Below are positions 58,846-64,000 of a stretch of 64,000 bases of DNA, in pieces. The stretch spans positions 947 to 64,946 of the forward strand of contig JBHIDO010000001.1 in NCBI GenBank assembly GCA_046760145.1, given 5' to 3'. Every line of letters begins with the position of its first letter. Position 1 is the first letter of the stretch. Below the pieces are notes generated by a model. The model was not told the origin of the DNA. It did not search any database and worked only from the letters and a program-made list of their open reading frames with translations. Position numbers and translations under genes: made by a program. The DNA comes from Candidatus Aenigmatarchaeota archaeon. Its GTDB lineage: Archaea; Aenigmatarchaeota; Aenigmatarchaeia; Aenigmatarchaeales; Aenigmatarchaeaceae.

Positions 58846-60855
58846 TCATCTCTTCTTAGTCTTCCAATAACCAGCCGGTTTTCTACTTAAATCGTCTTCT
58901 GTTAAATTTGGAAAAGCTTCCTTCAGAGCCTTGAAGGTACTAGAATCATATGTATTTTGAAATAATCCAGACAACCCATGTTCTTCAAATGCATCAGCTG
59001 TAACATTTTTTATACCATCAACTTCCTCTTTTAACCATTTGATAGCTTCAACCCTAATTTCTTTTTTGTTAAAGAAATTTTTTGGTAATTGTTTTAATGC
59101 TAACCACGGTGTTTCAGCCAATTCAGGATCGTAATATTCAGAATTGGGGTCTGTGAAACCAGCTTCGATAAAGGCAAGATATGGAGAATCACCATAATAC
59201 CAATTAATAAGAGCTCCAAGCTTGTTTTTAGCTAGATAATCAAGAGTCGGATATCTCTTTCCAGTTTCACTCCTAAATTCTTCTACAGCAGCCTGTATTA
59301 GATAGGCTCTATGATTTTTATTTTGTAAGAATTTATCTGGAAATTTCTTCCTTTCACCACGTCTCCTCTCATACCATAGTTGGATGGTCTCTTCTTTGGA
59401 GATATTTAAAAATCTTTTTCTCCTTTCTTCTTTAATTTGTTTTAAACGAAGCCTTTCTTCAAGTCTTTTACTCATAACAGATGGCATATCAGGAAAGTAT
59501 TTTTTTCTAAATTTTTCTAATCCACCATGGTAATGATAAATTGCAACTGAAACAGAACTATTTATTCTGCTTAGCTGAGATGCCGAAGGAAAATGTCCAA
59601 GCTTTTTTATAACTTTTTCTAATTCTTTTTTAACATTATTTTCATCTTTCCAAAAACCTTTTGGTTTTTCTGTTGCAAATCCCCTTTTCATTTTATACTC
59701 TGTCAGACTACCATAAATTGCTGTAATTCCTTGTAATAAACCTGATCTTCCACTATAACTAATTTCATATTGAGTTGGAACATGACCCAAAAGGTCTATT
59801 AATTTGTCAAATTCCATATCAATATTTTTTTTATCTCTCCAATAGTGTCTAGGAACCCTTTTCATGTCTGTAGGTTTTTTTACTAAACCAGCTTCTTTTA
59901 AAGCTGAATAAGCAGAACCATTATAGATATTTGTTATTAAAGTCCCAAGATTTTGTTCTATTAAATCCTCACTTGTTATTTCTTCAACAGGTTTTCCAAT
60001 TGCTTCTACTGCTGATTTAATATGCTCAATTCTACATTCTTTATCTTCCCAATAATACCAAGGTTTTTTGCCTTCTAAATTTTTACTCATTTTATAGTTA
60101 GCTAAACCGCCATGGAAATTTTGTATATCATCTAATAAACCAAGTTTGCCATGTTTTTGAAAATCCGAATAGACAGGAACTCTACCAAGTTTTTCCATAA
60201 ATTTATCAAATTCTCTATCAACCTTTTCTCTATCTTTCCAATAAGCAAATGGATGCTGTTTTCTATCTTCCATTTGTAATGTTGGATATGCTTCTCTTAT
60301 TAATTCAAAAATTATTTTATCTGAGTTTTTTACAACTGCAACAAACCCATTGTTGTAATAGTCATCTTGTGTTAATTCTGCAGGAGATTTTTTAAGTTTT
60401 ATTTCTGCTAACCATTTTGTTGCTCTTATTCTATTCTCTTTATTAGACCAGAATCTTTGTGGTAGTTTTCTTATAACAACCCATGGTGTTTCTGCAAATT
60501 CTTGATTATAATACTCTGATTTAGGATCTGCCAAATCACACAATTTGAAAATCTCATAAGGAGAACCATTATTGTATGTTAGTAAACTTTTAAGCTTATT
60601 TTCTTTGAAATCTTTATTTGTCGGGAAGTTTTCAGGATTTTCTTTTTGATATTCATCTAAAAAGGCTCGACCAACATATTGCTGATGTCTTACATTACTC
60701 CAAAAATAGTTTGGAAATCTTTCTCTAATACCAGCTCTAACTTCATGCCAAATTTGTATAGCTTCCTCTTCAGATACTTCAAAATATTTTTTTCTTCTAT
60801 ATTCTTTAATTTCTTTCAATTTCCTTTTATCTGCTTTTGTTAACCCCTTTGGCAT
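58846..60855 (-). CDS. Large basic repeat protein (YW-type helical repeats, putative DNA-binding)
   Basis: Recurrent P..YW.D/N units, three LG[RH][VF]P modules, and a duplicated ~190-aa N/C-terminal module. Confidence 0.7.
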   Translation of the reverse strand: MPKGLTKADKRKLKEIKEYRRKKYFEVSEEEAIQIWHEVRAGIRERFPNYFWSNVRHQQYVGRAFLDEYQKENPENFPTNKDFKENKLKSLLTYNNGSPYEIFKLCDLADPKSEYYNQEFAETPWVVIRKLPQRFWSNKENRIRATKWLAEIKLKKSPAELTQDDYYNNGFVAVVKNSDKIIFELIREAYPTLQMEDRKQHPFAYWKDREKVDREFDKFMEKLGRVPVYSDFQKHGKLGLLDDIQNFHGGLANYKMSKNLEGKKPWYYWEDKECRIEHIKSAVEAIGKPVEEITSEDLIEQNLGTLITNIYNGSAYSALKEAGLVKKPTDMKRVPRHYWRDKKNIDMEFDKLIDLLGHVPTQYEISYSGRSGLLQGITAIYGSLTEYKMKRGFATEKPKGFWKDENNVKKELEKVIKKLGHFPSASQLSRINSSVSVAIYHYHGGLEKFRKKYFPDMPSVMSKRLEERLRLKQIKEERRKRFLNISKEETIQLWYERRRGERKKFPDKFLQNKNHRAYLIQAAVEEFRSETGKRYPTLDYLAKNKLGALINWYYGDSPYLAFIEAGFTDPNSEYYDPELAETPWLALKQLPKNFFNKKEIRVEAIKWLKEEVDGIKNVTADAFEEHGLSGLFQNTYDSSTFKALKEAFPNLTEDDLSRKPAGYWKTKKR

Positions 60856-60878
60856 ATTTGAGAATAGAATCTAAAAAG

Positions 60879-60917
60879 TTAAATACTAAATCTTTATTTG
60901 TTTAAATACTAAATCTT
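60879..60917. repeat. 16-bp direct repeat TTAAATACTAAATCTT in a divergent promoter region
   Basis: Exact copies at 60879-60894 and 60902-60917. Confidence 0.75.
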
Positions 60918-60921
60918 AGTC

Positions 60922-61875
60922 ATGGATAAATTCGATCTAATAACTAGAAATACGCAAGAAATAATAACACTCCAAGAATTAAAAGGAGTTTTAAAAAAGA
61001 AAAATCCTGTTGCATACTGGGGAATAGCTCCAACAGGAGAAGTTCACACTGGTTATTTAATTCCTGTTCAAAAAATACTAGATTTTGTTAAAGCCGGATT
61101 CAAATTTAAAGTTCTAATAGCAGATGTGCATGCTTATCTAGATGATATGAAAACTCCCTGGAAACTAATGGAAGCAAGAGCAAAATATTATCAAGAATGT
61201 TTAAGATTATTAGGATTAAAAAATGTGGAATATGTTTTTGATTCTGACTTTAAATATGATTCTGATTATATAAAAGAAATTTACAGATTATCAGCTATGA
61301 TCACACAAAAAAGAGCTTTGAGAGCAGCATCAGAAGTTTGCAGATTAAAAAATCCTAAAGTTTCTGAATTGATTTATCCAGTTGCACAAACAATTGATTG
61401 TTGGAAATTAGGAGTAGATGTTGCATATTCTGGTTTGGATCAAAGACACATCTACATGCTAGCAAGAGAAACCCTTCCAAAACTAGGATTCAAAGTTCCG
61501 GTTATTGTTATGACCCCTATGTTATCCGGGTTAATTAAAGGGATCAAATCATCTGCCTCAGTTCCAGAATCAAATGTTTTGATATATGATGAACCTGATA
61601 TTATAAAAAAGAAAATAAGAAAAGCATGGTGCCCATTAGAAAAAGAAAACCCAATTTTAGAATATTACAAATTTATAATATTTCCAAGATATGACAAAAT
61701 AGAAGTTAAAAATAAAAGTTTTGAAAGTTTTGAAGATTTGGAAAAAGAATTTTTAGAAAAAAATATTCACCCAGAAGATTTGAAAAATGATTTAGCAGAA
61801 AGATTAATTGAAATATTAAAACCTGCTAGAAAAATTAATAAAAGTTTAATAAAAAAGGCGTATCCAAATGCTTGA
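60922..61875 (+). CDS. tyrS: Tyrosyl-tRNA synthetase (archaeal type)
   Basis: YWGIAPTG, HIGH-like HTGY, ADVHAYLD, IYPVAQ..D, GLDQR, KMSKS-like KSSAS and HPEDLK. Confidence 0.93.
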   Translation: MDKFDLITRNTQEIITLQELKGVLKKKNPVAYWGIAPTGEVHTGYLIPVQKILDFVKAGFKFKVLIADVHAYLDDMKTPWKLMEARAKYYQECLRLLGLKNVEYVFDSDFKYDSDYIKEIYRLSAMITQKRALRAASEVCRLKNPKVSELIYPVAQTIDCWKLGVDVAYSGLDQRHIYMLARETLPKLGFKVPVIVMTPMLSGLIKGIKSSASVPESNVLIYDEPDIIKKKIRKAWCPLEKENPILEYYKFIIFPRYDKIEVKNKSFESFEDLEKEFLEKNIHPEDLKNDLAERLIEILKPARKINKSLIKKAYPNA

Positions 61876-63148
61876 TATCAAGTTAATCAGAGAAAAACCA
61901 GAAATAATTAAGAACGATTTAGAGAAACGACAAGATAAAGAAAAAATGAAGTTGCTAGAAGAAGTAATAAAGAATGATGATGAATATAGAAAAAAATTGC
62001 AAGAAGTAGAGAAATTAAAACATTTGAGAAATAAAATTTCTTTGGAAATTGCAAAATTAAAAAGAGAAAAAAAAGATGTTTCTAAAAAATTAAAAGAAGC
62101 AGCTGAGATTCCAGATAAAATCAAGAAATTAGAAGATGAAATTCTAAAGTTAAAAGAAAAGATTAATAATGGACTAATGAGTTTACCAAATATATTACAT
62201 GATTCTGTTCCCTTTGGAAGAGATGAAAATGATAATGTTGAAATAAAAAAATGGGGTAAAACTCCTAAATTTGATTTTAAACCAAAAAGTCATTTGGAAA
62301 TAGCATTAAATTTAGGGTTAATAGATCCTGAAAGAGCAGCTAAAGTTGCTGGGCATGGATTTTATTATTTAAAAAAAGAGCTAGTTCTTTTAGACTTAGC
62401 AATACAAAGATTTGCAATAGATAATCTCATAAAAAAGGGTTATACATTAATTGAACCTCCTTTCATGATAAACAGAAAAGCATACGAAGGAATGATAGAT
62501 CCAACTGATTTTGAAATGGTAACATATAAAATAGAAAATGAACAAATGTATCTCATTGCAACAGCTGAACATCCCTTGGGTGCAATGTATGCTGGTGAGA
62601 TTATTGATAAAAAAAATTTACCAATAAAGCTTATTGGTGTTTCTCCTTGTTTTAGAAAAGAAGTTGGGACTCATGGGAAATATACTAAAGGATTGTTTAG
62701 AACACATCAATTTAATAAAGTTGAGCAGTTTATTTTCTGTTTACCAGAACAATCTTGGGAATTATTTGAAGAATTGCAGAAAAACTCAGAAGAGCTTTAT
62801 CAAAAATTAGAATTGAATTATAGAGTTGTCAATATATGCACAGGTGATATTGGGATAATAGCTGCAAAAAAGTATGACATTGAAGTCTGGATGGCTGATG
62901 GAAAATACAGAGAAGTGGGATCAAATTCTAACTGCACTGACTATCAGGCTAGAAGATTAAATATTAGATATAGAGAAAAACCAGGGCAGAAACCGGTTGG
63001 ATTTGTTCATACTTTGAATAATACTGCTCTTGCAACTTCTCGAACAATTCTAGCTATTTTAGAACAATATCAACAAAAAGATGGTAGTGTTTTAATTCCT
63101 AAAGTTCTTCAACCGTATATGGGAATTAAGAAGTTAGAAAAGACTTAA
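61868..63148 (+). CDS. serS: Seryl-tRNA synthetase
   Basis: MLDIKLIR coiled-coil arm, LIATAEH, FRKE, HQFNKVEQF, SNCTDYQARR and TLNNT. Confidence 0.97.
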   Translation: MLDIKLIREKPEIIKNDLEKRQDKEKMKLLEEVIKNDDEYRKKLQEVEKLKHLRNKISLEIAKLKREKKDVSKKLKEAAEIPDKIKKLEDEILKLKEKINNGLMSLPNILHDSVPFGRDENDNVEIKKWGKTPKFDFKPKSHLEIALNLGLIDPERAAKVAGHGFYYLKKELVLLDLAIQRFAIDNLIKKGYTLIEPPFMINRKAYEGMIDPTDFEMVTYKIENEQMYLIATAEHPLGAMYAGEIIDKKNLPIKLIGVSPCFRKEVGTHGKYTKGLFRTHQFNKVEQFIFCLPEQSWELFEELQKNSEELYQKLELNYRVVNICTGDIGIIAAKKYDIEVWMADGKYREVGSNSNCTDYQARRLNIRYREKPGQKPVGFVHTLNNTALATSRTILAILEQYQQKDGSVLIPKVLQPYMGIKKLEKT

Positions 63149-63179
63149 ATTCTTTTCTATTCATACCTTTATTGATTAA

Positions 63180-64000
63180 ATGAAAGGTAACTTCAAATTA
63201 GCGATTATATTCTTACTTATAACAGCTCTAGCTATTCCTGTTTATGCTTCTGTTTCTCATATGGATGTACAACCTGTCCCACCACAAAATATTAGAAGCG
63301 AAATTATCCAAGAGCCATTATTTGAAAGTAGTCCGATTGCATCTGCTATACCTATAGATCCTGAACCTTTAGATCCAGGCTGTCCTACAGATGATACTTA
63401 CATAACCACAGACACTGTTTTGAGTGGTGAATATTGTGAAATTGCAGATCCTAATGATAATGGTGTCTTAATAATTAATGCAGATAATATCGTTTTAGAT
63501 TGTAATGGAACAACATTAGATGGTATTTATAATTTTGGAATGGGCATAGTAAATCAGTATAAAAATAACGTTACAATTAAAAATTGTAACATAACAAGAT
63601 ACCAATGGGGAATTATGTTAGTTGAATTAAATAAAAATGATATTATAAATAATAACTTTACAGATAATTCTGTGGGAGTTTTGATTCCATTTCCATCTCC
63701 AATCTCGTCTCATAATACTACTATAGAAAAAAATATTTTTACAAAAAATTGGTGGGGAATCTACATGGATTCATTTTCTGATAATTTTATTATAACTAAC
63801 AATGGATTTTGTAATAATAATCTTGGACATGCTATTACTTTAGTCAGTGGGACAATTTCAAATTCAATTTATAGAAATAATTTTTTTAATAACGGACAAA
63901 CTGGTCAGGTAGAAGATCTTTCAGAATTTAATCAATGGGATAATGGATTAGAAGGTAATTATTGGTCTGATTATAATGGAACAGATTTAAATGGAGATGG
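63180..64000 (+). CDS. Secreted parallel beta-helix (NosD/CASH) surface protein, 3'-truncated
   Basis: Signal peptide MKGNFKLAIIFLLITALA, LDCNG, NVTIKNCNI, Asn ladders and GNYWSDYNGTDLNGDG. The frame is open to the window end. Confidence 0.85.
   Translation, partial: MKGNFKLAIIFLLITALAIPVYASVSHMDVQPVPPQNIRSEIIQEPLFESSPIASAIPIDPEPLDPGCPTDDTYITTDTVLSGEYCEIADPNDNGVLIINADNIVLDCNGTTLDGIYNFGMGIVNQYKNNVTIKNCNITRYQWGIMLVELNKNDIINNNFTDNSVGVLIPFPSPISSHNTTIEKNIFTKNWWGIYMDSFSDNFIITNNGFCNNNLGHAITLVSGTISNSIYRNNFFNNGQTGQVEDLSEFNQWDNGLEGNYWSDYNGTDLNGD

Noticed and set aside
670..62124. Many 60-135 aa antisense or overlapping ORFs in the track (e.g. 670-903, 15330-15719, 26949-27302, 27564-27968, 61846-62124)
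   Set aside because: They lie within well-supported genes on the other strand or frame and show no motifs.

Overview
A very AT-rich, gene-dense archaeal chromosome segment. Its gene set (archaeal histone, RadA, RPA, Cdc6/Orc1, archaeal DnaG, AglB with a WWDPG motif, fermentative group 4 hydrogenase) points to a DPANN archaeon, most plausibly Aenigmarchaeota; this placement is inference. In order the window holds: a compact membrane-bound group 4 [NiFe]-hydrogenase operon with its maturation protease; histone, rpa and radA; an unexplained locus of AAA+/winged-helix ATPase, free-standing LAGLIDADG protein, helically phased TGTGAAGA/TTCANNTGAA repeat array and wHTH protein; class II RNR; tldD/pmbA; dnaG; an ORB-containing replication origin followed by cdc6, a degenerate DP1 and polB; secD/secF; a ~22 kb N-glycosylation locus with six cobalamin-dependent radical SAM enzymes ending at aglB; rtcA; a beta-CASP RNase; a repeat protein; tyrS, serS; and a truncated beta-helix surface protein. 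The strongest signal is at the origin. The PolB ends in a zinc finger of the PolD-DP2 type (CKAC-x3-FRRPPLKGSCPRC) and is encoded directly after a shrunken DP1 that lacks its nuclease motifs. This mirrors the eukaryotic Pol alpha/delta/epsilon catalytic subunit plus inactive B-subunit arrangement. Other highlights are the repeat-array locus, whose motif recurs at oriC, a 58-aa protamine-like gene missed by the ORF track, and a GC-rich candidate ncRNA. No rRNA, tRNA, CRISPR array or IS element was seen. All family assignments are from motif recognition by eye; no searches were run.
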